Positions 30,950 to 41,062 of a DNA stretch of 64,000 nucleotides are shown piece by piece. A program made the translations under genes and the position numbers. The stretch is from an uncultured Gemmatimonadaceae bacterium (GTDB taxonomy: Bacteria > Gemmatimonadota > Gemmatimonadetes > Gemmatimonadales > Gemmatimonadaceae), in contig CAWAGQ010000005.1 of the NCBI GenBank assembly GCA_963781585.1, forward strand, positions 1 to 64,000, in the 5' to 3' direction. The notes beneath the pieces are model-generated. The model was given only the letters and a program-made list of their open reading frames with translations, was not told the origin of the DNA and searched no databases. How positions within the stretch are numbered: the first letter of the stretch is position 1; each line of letters begins with the position of its first letter.

Positions 30950-32404
30950 ATGAATCGCATCGCCGCCGCGGTCCTGCCCCTCTCCCTATGCACGCTCTCC
31001 GGCGCCGGCATCGCCGGAGGAAAGTGGGGTCAGACTCGAATTTCCATGAAATGGGGTCAGACTCGAATTTCCATGAAATCCGCGACAGGCGGATCGCGTC
31101 CGGTCGATTACTCCATCCGCGCTCCGGCCGCCACACATCCTTCCCGCCCGCCCGCCCGCACCGTCGCCGACTCGCTCGACCGCATCGAGCGCGCGCTCGT
31201 CCAGGCCGTGAACGCCCGCAGCGCTGAGGAACTGGCGCTGCTGGTCCGGCTGGTGAACATCAACAGCGGCACGATGAACTTTCGCGGCGTGCGCCAGGTC
31301 GGGGACGCGCTGCGCGCCGAGTTCGACGCGCTGGGCTTTGCCACGCGCTGGGTGGAGGGCGCCGCATTCGAGCGCGCGGGGCATCTGGTCGCCGAGCACA
31401 ACGGCCCCGGCCCGCGCATCCTCCTGATCGGCCATCTCGACACCGTGTTCGAGCCGGCGAGTCCGTTCCAGCGCTTCGAACGGCTCAGCGACACGACCGC
31501 GCGGGGCCCGGGCGTGATCGACATGAAGGGCGGCGATGTGATCGCGCTCTACGCGCTCAAGGCGTTGCGGCAGGCGGGCGTGCTGGACCGGCTGAACGTC
31601 ACCGTGGTGTTCACCGGCGACGAGGAGAAGTCCGGGGCACCACTCGATTCGGCGCGATTCGCGCTTCGTCAGGCGGCACGCGGCGCGAAGTACGCGATCG
31701 GGTTCGAGGACGGCGACGGCGATCCCCACACGGCGGTGGTGTCGCGCCGCGGGGCCGGGGGGTGGGTAATCCGCTCCAGCGGGACGCCGGCGCACTCGTC
31801 GCAGATCTTCCGCGAGGACATCGGCCCCGGGGCGATCTTCGAATCGGCGCGCGTGCTCCAGGCATTCCGCGAGCAGCTGGCGTCGCAGCAGTATCTCACC
31901 TTCAACCCCGGCGTCGCGTTAGGCGGGACCGAGGTCACGCTCGACAGCACGCTCACCGACGGGTCGGCGTCGGGGAAGACGAACGTGGTGGCGAAGTCGA
32001 TGGCGGTGAGCGGCGACATCAGGACCATCTCGCCCGAGCAGCTCGAATCGGTACGCGCCGCGATGCGCCAGATCGTGTCGCAGCACCTTCCGCACACCAG
32101 CTCGGAGATCGCGTTCGAAGACGGCTATCCCCCAATGGCGCCCACCGACGGGAATCGGCGGCTCTTGGCGCTCTACGATTCGGTGAGCCGCGACCTCGGT
32201 CTGGGCCCGGTGGCGGCGGTTGATCCGATGCGGGCCGGCGCCGCCGACGTGTCGTTCGTGGCGCCCTTCGTGCCGAACATCATCGACGGCGTGGGGTTGG
32301 CGGGATGGGACGATCACACCGAGAAGGAAACGGCGGATCTCCGGATGCTGGCGCCGCTGACGAGACGGGCTGCCGTGCTGCTGTACCGGCTGTCGCAGCG
32401 CTAG
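30950..32404 (+). CDS. M20 family metallopeptidase (glutamate carboxypeptidase-like)
   Basis: GHLDTV, GVIDMKGG, GDEE and C-terminal DHTEKE motifs. Start uncertain. Confidence 0.88.
   Translation: MNRIAAAVLPLSLCTLSGAGIAGGKWGQTRISMKWGQTRISMKSATGGSRPVDYSIRAPAATHPSRPPARTVADSLDRIERALVQAVNARSAEELALLVRLVNINSGTMNFRGVRQVGDALRAEFDALGFATRWVEGAAFERAGHLVAEHNGPGPRILLIGHLDTVFEPASPFQRFERLSDTTARGPGVIDMKGGDVIALYALKALRQAGVLDRLNVTVVFTGDEEKSGAPLDSARFALRQAARGAKYAIGFEDGDGDPHTAVVSRRGAGGWVIRSSGTPAHSSQIFREDIGPGAIFESARVLQAFREQLASQQYLTFNPGVALGGTEVTLDSTLTDGSASGKTNVVAKSMAVSGDIRTISPEQLESVRAAMRQIVSQHLPHTSSEIAFEDGYPPMAPTDGNRRLLALYDSVSRDLGLGPVAAVDPMRAGAADVSFVAPFVPNIIDGVGLAGWDDHTEKETADLRMLAPLTRRAAVLLYRLSQR
31025..31078. repeat. 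27-bp tandem duplication containing the REP-like element
   Basis: (TGGGGTCAGACTCGAATTTCCATGAAA)x2, in frame in the M20 ORF. Confidence 0.9.
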
Positions 32405-32407
32405 TCG

Positions 32408-32650
32408 AAATCGGGGTCAGAGTCGAATTCTCGTCAAACGGGGCAGACTCGATCTTTCGACCTGGTTCAGCCCAATTGGGGTCAGACTCGAATTCCACCA
32501 CTGCATCGGCCCAAGCGTCAGCCACGGATGGAGTTAGACTCAATTGAGCGCCGAATCGAGTCTGACGCTAATTCCTGATAGGTCCAATTCCAATAGATCG
32601 CCAAATCGAGTCTGACCCCAATTCCTGACAAATCGAGTCTGACCCCAATT
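32408..32650. repeat. REP-like cluster: four forward and three reverse copies
   Basis: Forward copies near 32408, 32436, 32474 and 32528. Reverse copies near 32554, 32603 and 32630. Several are degenerate. Confidence 0.88.
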
Positions 32651-32656
32651 TTCTGG

Positions 32657-33715
32657 GTGGCGATGCTGGCGTGCGGGTCGGGACACGGCGCGCCGCAGGC
32701 GGTGGACCAGACGATGCCGCGGCGCGAGTGGCGCGATCACCCGCCGTCGCCTCGCGAGTACGTCGCGCTTCGCCGCGACGGAGCGCTGGCGGTGGACGGA
32801 CGCCTCGACGATCCGGCCTGGGCCAGGGCATCGTGGTCCGCCGACTTCACCGACATCGAGGGCGACGTGCGACCGGCACCGCGGTTTCGCACGCGCATGA
32901 AGATGCTCTTCGACAGCTCGTACTGGTACATCGGCGCCGAGCTGGAGGAGCCCGATCTCTGGGCAACGATCCGGCAGCGCGACGCGGTCATCTTCCATGA
33001 CAACGATTTCGAACTGTTCGTGGACCCCGACGGCGACACGCACCGGTACGTCGAGCTCGAGATCAACGCCTTCGCGACGCCGTGGGATCTGTTCCTGCCG
33101 GTGCCCTATCGCGACGGTGGCCATGCAGTGGATTCGTTCGACATCGCCGGACTCCTGGCGCGGGTCGCGCTCGACGGCACGCTCAACGATCCGCGCGATC
33201 GTGACCGCGGATGGACCGTGGAGCTGGCCATTCCGTGGACGTCGGTCGCGGATTCGGGCCGCACTGCCGTGCCTCCGCGCGAGGGCGACGCGTGGCGGGT
33301 GAATTTCTCGCGCGTGGAGTGGGACGTGGACACGACCGCGGGATCGTACGCGAAGCGTCTGGATCGCGTGACCGGCAAGCCGCTCGCCGAGCACAACTGG
33401 GTCTGGTCGCCGCAGGGCGCGATCAACATGCACATGCCCGAGATGTGGGGGGTGGTGTGGTTCGGGCGCGCGACCGCCCCCGACAGTGCCACCCGGGCGA
33501 TACAGTGGACGCTCCGCCGCGTATACTACGCGCAGCGGGCCTATCGGCAGCGCCACGGACGGTACGCCGAAGATCCGGTCGCGTTAGGCATGGCGGCGGA
33601 GGCACGCAACCTGGTGCTGGTGACGACGGGCGATGGATGGGGCGCGTCGTTGCCCGCGCCCGGCGGTGACGGTCGCTGGCACATCCGGGCCGACGGGAGG
33701 CTCTGGCGGGAGTAG
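32657..33715 (+). CDS. carbohydrate-binding family 9-like protein
   Basis: VDGRLDDPAW, DNDFELFVDPDGD, WTVELAIPW, WRVNFSRVEW and NMHMPEMWG motifs. 5' end unclear. Confidence 0.85.
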   Translation: MAMLACGSGHGAPQAVDQTMPRREWRDHPPSPREYVALRRDGALAVDGRLDDPAWARASWSADFTDIEGDVRPAPRFRTRMKMLFDSSYWYIGAELEEPDLWATIRQRDAVIFHDNDFELFVDPDGDTHRYVELEINAFATPWDLFLPVPYRDGGHAVDSFDIAGLLARVALDGTLNDPRDRDRGWTVELAIPWTSVADSGRTAVPPREGDAWRVNFSRVEWDVDTTAGSYAKRLDRVTGKPLAEHNWVWSPQGAINMHMPEMWGVVWFGRATAPDSATRAIQWTLRRVYYAQRAYRQRHGRYAEDPVALGMAAEARNLVLVTTGDGWGASLPAPGGDGRWHIRADGRLWRE

Positions 33716-33829
33716 CTGACGCGGCTCGGGCGATGCCGGAAGGGGATGCGGAGTCCGTGGTCGAGCTTTCCCGGCACTATCCCTCGGGCGCCCGACAGGC
33801 GGTTATTGATCAGCGGGACGGAGGCACCG

Positions 33830-34951
33830 ATGCGAAGACGGACATTCCTCGAGAAGCTGGGTGCGTCGCTGGCCAGCGCGACGGTCGCACCGTGGCTGGC
33901 AGCGCGCGCCGCGGCCGCCACCACCGGCCCCGGGTCCGGTCGGTACGCCGGCAGCGCCGCTGCCGCGGACTTCACGGCATGGACCTGGGTCCACGGCAAT
34001 GCCCGCGATGCCGCCCCGGAATGGCGCGCGCGCTTCGCGCGCTTCCGAGCGGCCGGCATCTCGGGCGTACTGGTCGGCGGCGGGGATACCACGACGCTGG
34101 CCGATGCCGCGCACGCCGAGGGACTGCGGTTCCATCGCTGGACGTGGATCATGAATCGCAGCAGCGACGACTGGGTGAAGAAGAACCATCCCGAGTGGTT
34201 CGACGTGAACCGGAAAGGCGAGTCGAGCCTGGATCACCCCCCGTACGTCCCGTACTACCAGTGGCTCTGTCCCACGCGACCCGAGGTCCGCGAGTATCTG
34301 CGCGGCGTGGTGGACGAGGTGGCGACCCATCCGGGGGTGGACGGCGTGCACCTCGACTACATCCGTCACCCCGACGTGATCCTCCCCAGGGGCCTGTGGT
34401 CGAAGTACCGCCTGGTGCAGGACCACGAGATGCCGGAGTACGACTTCTGTTACTGCGAGGTCTGCCGCACGGCGTTCCGCGCCCAGTCGGCCACCGATCC
34501 TCTGCAGCTGCCCGATCCCTCGGCCGATCAGGCGTGGCGCGAGTTCCGGTGGAATTCGATCACCGGCGTGGTGCGCGAGCTGTCGGGCGCGGTGCGCGGG
34601 CGCGGGAAGCAGATCACCGCCGCGGTCTTCCCCACGCCCACCATCGCCCGGAAGCTCGTCAGGCAGGCCTGGGACCAGTGGCCGCTGGATGCCGTCTTCC
34701 CGATGCTCTACCACGGGTTCTACGAGGAGGACATTCCGTGGATCGGCAGGGCGGCGCGGGAAGGCGTGCGCGCGCTGCCGGCCACCGAGCCGCTGTACGC
34801 CGGCCTGTACCTTCCCGACCTCGATCCATCATCGTTAGGCGTGGCGATCCGCGCAGCCCGGGACGGTGGTGCGCGCGGCGTCTCGTTCTTCGATTCGAAC
34901 GGACTGACCGATGGGCATCTGGCGGTTGTTCGCGACGCCCTTGAGGGGTAG
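33830..34951 (+). CDS. Tat-exported glycoside hydrolase-like protein (GHL10-like)
   Basis: MRRRTFL twin-arginine motif, WLCP, VDGVHLDYIR and FPMLYH. Confidence 0.8.
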   Translation: MRRRTFLEKLGASLASATVAPWLAARAAAATTGPGSGRYAGSAAAADFTAWTWVHGNARDAAPEWRARFARFRAAGISGVLVGGGDTTTLADAAHAEGLRFHRWTWIMNRSSDDWVKKNHPEWFDVNRKGESSLDHPPYVPYYQWLCPTRPEVREYLRGVVDEVATHPGVDGVHLDYIRHPDVILPRGLWSKYRLVQDHEMPEYDFCYCEVCRTAFRAQSATDPLQLPDPSADQAWREFRWNSITGVVRELSGAVRGRGKQITAAVFPTPTIARKLVRQAWDQWPLDAVFPMLYHGFYEEDIPWIGRAAREGVRALPATEPLYAGLYLPDLDPSSLGVAIRAARDGGARGVSFFDSNGLTDGHLAVVRDALEG

Positions 34952-34962
34952 ACCGGGGAGAA

Positions 34963-35066
34963 GGCCACAGGCCATAGGCCACAGGCCACAGGCCAAAGAC
35001 CATAGGCCATAGGCCAAAGGCCAAAGGCCATGACCTGAACTGGTAACCGCTGATCGCTGATAGCTG
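34963..35066. repeat. (GGCCAHA)x10 array followed by CGCTGAT units
   Basis: Ten heptamer units at 34963-35032, then CGCTGATCGCTGATAGCTG at 35048-35066. Confidence 0.9.
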
Positions 35067-35068
35067 CC

Positions 35069-36409
35069 CTATTTCACTACCCTCTTCATCAAACGCGCCA
35101 GCGGCCAGCTCGCCACCATCAGCGCCAGCGTGATGATCGCACTCTTCGGATCGGCGTACACCAGCGTGGCGAGTATCACCAGCGCGAACAGCAGTGCCAG
35201 CCCCGGCACCCACGGGTATCCCCACGCGCGATACGGTCGCGGCGCGTCCGGCTCGCGGCGACGCAGCACGAACAGCGACACGAACACCATTACGTAGCCG
35301 ACGATGATGAACACCGTGTCGACGCCGAGCGCGGCGTTGAACGACCCGGTGAACAGGAACGCGGCGATCGCCGCGGCGCTCAGCAGCATCGCGACCCCCG
35401 GCGTCCCGCCCTCGTTCACCAGCCCGGCCTGTCTGGGGAACAGCCCGTCCCGGCTCATCGCCAGCAGGATGCGGGGCGTCGTCATCATCTGCGCGTTCAC
35501 GGTCCCGATGACCGAGACGATCATGACGGCCCGGATGATCGCGTCGCCACGCGCTCCAAACAACGCGCGCGCAACCGTCCCGCCGACGAACGCATCTCCC
35601 GCCATGCTCGATATCGGCACGATCGTCACGAAGGCGGCGTTCACCAGCAGGTAGATGGCGATGATCAGCAGCAGCCCCCGGAAGATCGACTTCGGGATGG
35701 CGCGGCCCGCATCGCGGATTTCCTCTCCGCAATAGACCACCGCGTAGTAGCTGTCGTAGGTGAAGACAATCCCCTGCATCGCGAGCGCAAGCGCGGCCAC
35801 CATCGCCAATCCACCCGGCATTGCCGCCGCCGCACCCGCGTCGATCGCAGTGTGCGGAAGGAAGAACGCCGCGGCGATCAGACCCACCAGCGCCACGGTC
35901 TTGAGGACGCTGGTCACCTCCTGCATGCGCCCGCCCCACAGCACGCCCCGCAATTGCAGCAGCACGATGCCGGCGAACACCGCGAACCCGGTGAGCGTCG
36001 GGTGTCCCGCGAGCGGCGCGATCAGGACGCCGAGGTATTCGCCGATCAGCAGGATCAGCGCGGCCGACGACACCGACCAGTTCATCCAGTCGGCGGCGCC
36101 CACGAAGAAGCCGACGCCGTCGCCCATCGCGCGCTGCGCGAAGGTGTAGATCCCCCCCGACCGGGGGATCATCGTTCCCAGCTCGGCGTAGGCGGTGGCG
36201 CCAAGCAGCGCGTTCACCGCGCCGAACACCCACACCGCCAGGAACAGCGTGACGTCAGGCAGCTGCCGTGCCACGTCGCCCGGCGTGTGGAGGATGCCGC
36301 CGCCGATCGTCGCACCGATGGCGATCGCCAGCGCGAACGCCGATCCGAGGACCCGCAGCAGCCCCCGTGGGTGTGGGTGTACCGATTGGGCCTCTGCCGT
36401 CACGACCAT
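35069..36409 (-). CDS. APC family amino acid permease
   Basis: GATIGGGIL, about 12 hydrophobic segments, PRILLAMSRDGL and PYRAWGYP. Confidence 0.9.
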   Translation of the reverse strand: MVVTAEAQSVHPHPRGLLRVLGSAFALAIAIGATIGGGILHTPGDVARQLPDVTLFLAVWVFGAVNALLGATAYAELGTMIPRSGGIYTFAQRAMGDGVGFFVGAADWMNWSVSSAALILLIGEYLGVLIAPLAGHPTLTGFAVFAGIVLLQLRGVLWGGRMQEVTSVLKTVALVGLIAAAFFLPHTAIDAGAAAAMPGGLAMVAALALAMQGIVFTYDSYYAVVYCGEEIRDAGRAIPKSIFRGLLLIIAIYLLVNAAFVTIVPISSMAGDAFVGGTVARALFGARGDAIIRAVMIVSVIGTVNAQMMTTPRILLAMSRDGLFPRQAGLVNEGGTPGVAMLLSAAAIAAFLFTGSFNAALGVDTVFIIVGYVMVFVSLFVLRRREPDAPRPYRAWGYPWVPGLALLFALVILATLVYADPKSAIITLALMVASWPLARLMKRVVK

Positions 36410-36481
36410 ATTCGCGATGGCCTCAGCAGGCGGCCGGCGCGCCGGCCGACAGCGAAGGCGGTACGGACATTGCCGCGCCGC

Positions 36482-37993
36482 TCACCGCCCAATACGCACC
36501 ACCAGCTCCTTGCCGTGCCATTCGGCCGGGTCGACATCGCGCCCGAGCGCCGTCACCCGTCGTGTGCCCGACGGGTAGGTGACCTCCACGTCCACGTGCC
36601 CGGGCGTCGCGAGCCCGAAGTGCACCGGCATGTCGCTCTGCGCGTCGTACCCCGACCCGCTGTCCACCAGCCGCGTGCCGAGCAACTGGCGGGTTCCGCT
36701 GGCGTAGAGCCGCACCTCGGCGCCGCTCCGCGTGGCATGCCCCGAGTCGTCCAGCACCCGTACCGCGAGCGAGCGCGCCGCCGCGTCCGGCGCGAGCATG
36801 TTGCGCAGGAGATAGTGCATGCCGTCGGGCCGCGATCCGGTGAGCGCCAGATCCTCGTCGCCGTCACGATCGAAGTCGGCCCACTCCACACCATGATCGG
36901 CCTGGAGCGTCACGATGTTCTGCGGCGTCACGTCCTCGAAGCGCGTGCCGGTGTTGCGAAGGAGGTAATCGCGGTAACTCACGCCGCCGGTGACGGTGCC
37001 GTTCACGTACAGGTCGAGCCGGCCGTCGTGATCGAAATCGGCGAACGCGCAGGCGTCGTAGCGGGAGTCGATGCCGATGCCCCAGGCCGCCGACGCATCC
37101 TCGAAGCGCAAGCCGTTCCGCCGGAGGAACAGCCCGTTCCGTCCATAGTTGGCGGCGAACAGGTCGAGATGCCCGTCGCCGTCCACGTCGGCGGCGCACG
37201 GACGGACCGTCCCGTTGGTGGAATCGTCAGGCAGGCGACCGCCCCAGTTCACGCCCTCGATGGCCGCCACATCGACAAATCGGCCGCCGTCGTTGCGGAA
37301 CAGCCCGTTCGCGTCGGCATCCATATTCGCCACGTACACGTCCAGGTCGCCGTCCTCGTCGAAGTCGAACCACACCGCGCCCACGCTGCGCCGGGGATCG
37401 TCGAGCCCCACCGGCCGCGCGACGTCCGTGAACTGGCCGCGGTCGTTCCGGTACAGCGCGTTGGGCCGGTCGCGGAAGGCGACGAACAGGTCGAGATCGC
37501 CGTCCCCGTCGTAATCGATCCAGACCGGCTGGCGCACCGTGCCCGAGTCGCGCTGCAGCCGGGCAGCGGCGGTCACGTCGGTGAAGTGGCCACGGTCGTT
37601 GCGATAAAGGCGCAGGACGGATCCGGCGGCGGGGGTGAATCCCACCAGCAGATCCGGATCGCCGTCGCCATCGAAGTCGCCCCACGCCGCGGCGCGCGTG
37701 GGATGGGCATCGGCCACGCCGGCCGCCGCTCCGACCTCCATGAAGGTGCCGCTGTCGTTGCGGTACAGCCGGTTGGGCGCGCCATTGAATCCGACGAAGA
37801 GATCGAGATCGCCGTCGCCGTCGAAGTCGGCGAACGCGTTGGTGAGCGCGCCGCCCGCGGCGAACAGGTCGGGCTGCACGACCTCGAACGCCGGTGGTCC
37901 GTTCTGACGGAGTGTGCCGGTCGCCACGAGCAGGCCCGCGACCGCCGCCAGATAGCCACGCCGCCGACTGCCGCGAAGGCGCGGCTGGGGCAT
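36482..37993 (-). CDS. FG-GAP repeat / ASPIC-UnbV (CRTAC1-like) protein
   Basis: Repeated DFDGDGDLDL motifs and C-terminal GSGYDAQS...VHFGL. Start uncertain. Confidence 0.88.
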   Translation of the reverse strand: MPQPRLRGSRRRGYLAAVAGLLVATGTLRQNGPPAFEVVQPDLFAAGGALTNAFADFDGDGDLDLFVGFNGAPNRLYRNDSGTFMEVGAAAGVADAHPTRAAAWGDFDGDGDPDLLVGFTPAAGSVLRLYRNDRGHFTDVTAAARLQRDSGTVRQPVWIDYDGDGDLDLFVAFRDRPNALYRNDRGQFTDVARPVGLDDPRRSVGAVWFDFDEDGDLDVYVANMDADANGLFRNDGGRFVDVAAIEGVNWGGRLPDDSTNGTVRPCAADVDGDGHLDLFAANYGRNGLFLRRNGLRFEDASAAWGIGIDSRYDACAFADFDHDGRLDLYVNGTVTGGVSYRDYLLRNTGTRFEDVTPQNIVTLQADHGVEWADFDRDGDEDLALTGSRPDGMHYLLRNMLAPDAAARSLAVRVLDDSGHATRSGAEVRLYASGTRQLLGTRLVDSGSGYDAQSDMPVHFGLATPGHVDVEVTYPSGTRRVTALGRDVDPAEWHGKELVVRIGR

Positions 37994-38231
37994 GAGGTCG
38001 GATGTTCCGGGGCGCTTGCCGGCCGGGATCGTACTGGTCATATGCGGGTGATGGTCGTGGACACCCCAACAATACCGCACGTGGCCGCGCTCGGTCAGGC
38101 TGAACCCGACACGCCGCCCGCCGTTCCCCGATTGCCTCCGCCACATATCGCATCCACGGTTGCTGCAGCGGCGGGAGCGCCGCCGCTACTCTCGCCTATG
38201 GCCTGGGGAGTTCCACTGCCGGGAGGCAATC

Positions 38232-38726
38232 ATGAAGGTCGAGACTCGAACCATCCTCGAACAGGGTCTGGTTGCCGGCGTCCTGGGACACATCGCCGTG
38301 GCCGTGGTCTTCGCCGTCGTGAATCTCGCCGCCGGACGTTCCGCGTTCTACACGCCGGCCCTCCTCGGCGCTTCCCTGTTCTACGGCCTCACCGATCCGG
38401 CGCAGCTGCAGATTCAGGCCGGGTACATCTTCGCCTACAACGGGACCCACCTCCTGGTCTTCATGACGCTCGGCATCATCGGCGCGTGGCTGGCATTCAT
38501 CGCCGACCGCGGATCGCAGCTCTGGTACCTGGCGATCTTCTTCTTCCTGTTCGTGGCGTTTCACATCTTCGGCTTCATCCAGCTGCTGGCGCAGCCGCTG
38601 CGCGAGTCCTTCTCCGACGTGGAGCTCTGGGGCGCGGGGTTCGTTGCCACCAGTGTGATGGTGGCGTATCTGCTTCGAGTGCACCCGCTTGTCCGGGCGG
38701 AGCTCGCGCACTGGCACGAGACGTAG
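38232..38726 (+). CDS. hypothetical membrane protein
   Basis: GGAGG before ATG, four hydrophobic segments. Confidence 0.75.
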   Translation: MKVETRTILEQGLVAGVLGHIAVAVVFAVVNLAAGRSAFYTPALLGASLFYGLTDPAQLQIQAGYIFAYNGTHLLVFMTLGIIGAWLAFIADRGSQLWYLAIFFFLFVAFHIFGFIQLLAQPLRESFSDVELWGAGFVATSVMVAYLLRVHPLVRAELAHWHET

Positions 38727-38753
38727 CCGCAACCAGCGACCCACCGGCCGCCG

Positions 38754-39356
38754 CTACCCGATCGGCACGAAGCGCAGCGCCGCCGAATCGATGCAGTAGC
38801 GGCGGCCGGTGGGTCGCGGACCGTCGTCAAACATGTCGCCCAGGTGCGCATCGCACCGCCTGCAACGCACTTCGCTCTCGTCAGGCGTTCTGGGATGCCA
38901 GTTGGCGGGGCCGTCGATGTTCTCGCTGGCAATAGGCTGCCAGAAGCTCGGCCACCCGGTCCCCGAGTCGAACTTGTGCTCGGACGAGAAGAGCGCGGTG
39001 CCGCAGCAGATGCAACGAAAGAGCCCGCGATCGTGGAGATTCCAGTACGCGCCCGTGAACGCGATCTCCGTGTCACCGTGCCGGGTGACCTCGAACGCGA
39101 GCGGAGAGAGCTGCGCGGCCCAGGCGCGCTCCGACTTCACGACCTTCGGCACCCGGACCGTTCGCAGGCGCACCCCCGCGTCCGAAAACTCGGCGACCAG
39201 CACTTCGGCGACTCCGGCTCGCGCGCACTCGGCAGCTGCCAGTCCGCTCCGCGCCAGCCAGACGCCGCCGATGCCGAGCGCCGTCGCGCGAACGAAGTCG
39301 CGACGCTTGACGATCGACCACTCGCGGGCTGGAGTCCGTTCCGCTTGTTGACTCAT
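38754..39356 (-). CDS. msrB: Tat-exported peptide-methionine (R)-S-oxide reductase (divergent)
   Basis: KRRDFV Tat motif, two CxxC Zn pairs, [11 protein letters not shown] and RYC. Confidence 0.88.
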   Translation of the reverse strand: MSQQAERTPAREWSIVKRRDFVRATALGIGGVWLARSGLAAAECARAGVAEVLVAEFSDAGVRLRTVRVPKVVKSERAWAAQLSPLAFEVTRHGDTEIAFTGAYWNLHDRGLFRCICCGTALFSSEHKFDSGTGWPSFWQPIASENIDGPANWHPRTPDESEVRCRRCDAHLGDMFDDGPRPTGRRYCIDSAALRFVPIG

Positions 39357-39413
39357 CTGCTCAGGTCCTCCGGCGCCCCGTCGCGTCCGCGCCGGCCAGG
39401 GCAGCCCGGTCTC

Positions 39414-41036
39414 TCAACTACCGCCTCCACTCCGTGTCCGTCCCGGCGGACGGCGCAGCACGCGGCCCGGACGCGCATCGGTGAAGACGTTCTTGTCCAC
39501 CACGGGGACGCCGTTCACGATCACGTAGGGGATCCCTTCGGCATAGTGGTGGGGATCGTCGAAGGTTCCGACGTCGCGCACGGTGGCGGCATCGAAGACG
39601 GCGATGTTCGCCATGCAGCCCTCGTGCAGGCATCCCTGATCCGCGAGCCCGAGCCGGGCCGCCGGCATGCCGGTCATCTTGCGCACCGCGGTCTCGAGCG
39701 TGAGGACGTGCTCGTCGCGCACGTAGTGGCCGAGCACGCGGGGGAACGTGCCGTAGTTCCGGGGATGGGGGACGCCGTCTCCGGGTCTCGTCAGGCGGCC
39801 GTCGCTCGCGATCATCGTCATCGGATGCGCCATGATGCGCTTCACATCGCCCTCGTCCATCACGTGATACACCATCGACGCGCCTCCCTTCAGCACATCA
39901 TCGAGCACCAGCGGCGCGGCGTTCTGCGGCGTTGGCTGCAGTCCCTCCCGCACCACCTGGTCGTAGAGCGTCTTGCCGTTGAGCGTCGCGTCCCAGCCCA
40001 CGCGCGCGAACTGAACCCGCTTGAGATCGCCACCGCCGCGGTCGTTCAGCAGATACTCCACCACGCCGCGGGTGATGCTGTCCTTGAGCACGGGATCGGC
40101 GAGACGCTTCCGCAGCTCGGCGGTCCCGCCGGCCAGCGCCCACGGCGGCACCAGCACGTTGAGCCCGGTGGAGCTCGCGGTGTAGGGGTACTGATCCATC
40201 ATCACGTCGGTGCCGGCCTTGCGCGCCGAGTCGACCATGTGGAGCGTGACCACGCTCTTCCCCCACATCAGCCGGCCGATGGCCTTGTGATGGGTGAGCA
40301 CGACCGGAATGCGTGCGCGGCGTCCGATCTCCAGCGCCTCGGCGACGCCCTCGAGGAGGCCCACGCCTTCCTCGCGCAGGTGCGACGTGTAGATACCGCC
40401 GGAGTCGCCGGCGACCTGCGACAGCGCGACCACCTCATCGGTCTTCGAGTAGAACCCGGGGATGTAGCGCAGGCCGGTGCTCATGCCGAATGCCCCCTGC
40501 CCCATCGACTCCGCGACCATCTGCTCCATGCGCGCGAGCTCGGCGGGGGTGGGGTCGCGGTTTTCGGTGCCCATGACGCGGCGGCGGATGGTGTTGTGTC
40601 CGGCCAGGAAGGCGACGTTCATGCCGAGCGGGCGGGCGGCCACCGAATCGAGGTAGGCACCGAAGGGATACGGCCCGCCGCCATCCGGACCGCCTAACGC
40701 AAGTGTGACGCCCTGGCGTACCGCGCTCTGGGCATCGGGCATGACCAGGATCGGGTCGAGGTGGGCGTGGAGGTCGATGAATCCAGGCGCGACGATCAGA
40801 CCGGTAGCGTCGATCACACGTTTGGCCGACGACGCCGGGATCGGCGTGCGCGACAGCGCGACGACCCGGTCACCGGTGATGGCGACGTCGGCACGGTACC
40901 GCGCCGCGCCGGTACCGTCGATGACCGTCCCACCGGCGATGACCAGGTCGTAGCGTGGCGCCTGCGCCGACAACGGGACTCCCATCCATGGCGCGATGCT
41001 GAGCGCCATTGCGAACGCGAAGTCTTTTTGAAGCAT
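39414..41036 (-). CDS. N-acyl-D-amino acid deacylase family amidohydrolase
   Basis: APGFIDLHAH, SHLREE, DQYPY and HPRNYGTFPRVLG motifs. Signal peptide. Confidence 0.9.
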   Translation of the reverse strand: MLQKDFAFAMALSIAPWMGVPLSAQAPRYDLVIAGGTVIDGTGAARYRADVAITGDRVVALSRTPIPASSAKRVIDATGLIVAPGFIDLHAHLDPILVMPDAQSAVRQGVTLALGGPDGGGPYPFGAYLDSVAARPLGMNVAFLAGHNTIRRRVMGTENRDPTPAELARMEQMVAESMGQGAFGMSTGLRYIPGFYSKTDEVVALSQVAGDSGGIYTSHLREEGVGLLEGVAEALEIGRRARIPVVLTHHKAIGRLMWGKSVVTLHMVDSARKAGTDVMMDQYPYTASSTGLNVLVPPWALAGGTAELRKRLADPVLKDSITRGVVEYLLNDRGGGDLKRVQFARVGWDATLNGKTLYDQVVREGLQPTPQNAAPLVLDDVLKGGASMVYHVMDEGDVKRIMAHPMTMIASDGRLTRPGDGVPHPRNYGTFPRVLGHYVRDEHVLTLETAVRKMTGMPAARLGLADQGCLHEGCMANIAVFDAATVRDVGTFDDPHHYAEGIPYVIVNGVPVVDKNVFTDARPGRVLRRPPGRTRSGGGS

Positions 41037-41062
41037 GCGAACCCGCCGAGTCTCGGAAGTTT

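Noticed and set aside
32408..32650. CRISPR array from the 21-bp repeats
   Set aside because: Copies switch orientation, gaps are irregular and often only 5-8 bp, and no cas genes are present.
35852..38935. 1027-aa plus-strand ORF and similar long ORFs (e.g. 38844-40697, 43965-45650, 48091-49776, 12713-15037)
   Set aside because: These are antisense or alternate-frame shadows of well-supported genes. They are Arg/Pro-rich, lack motifs and are expected at high GC.
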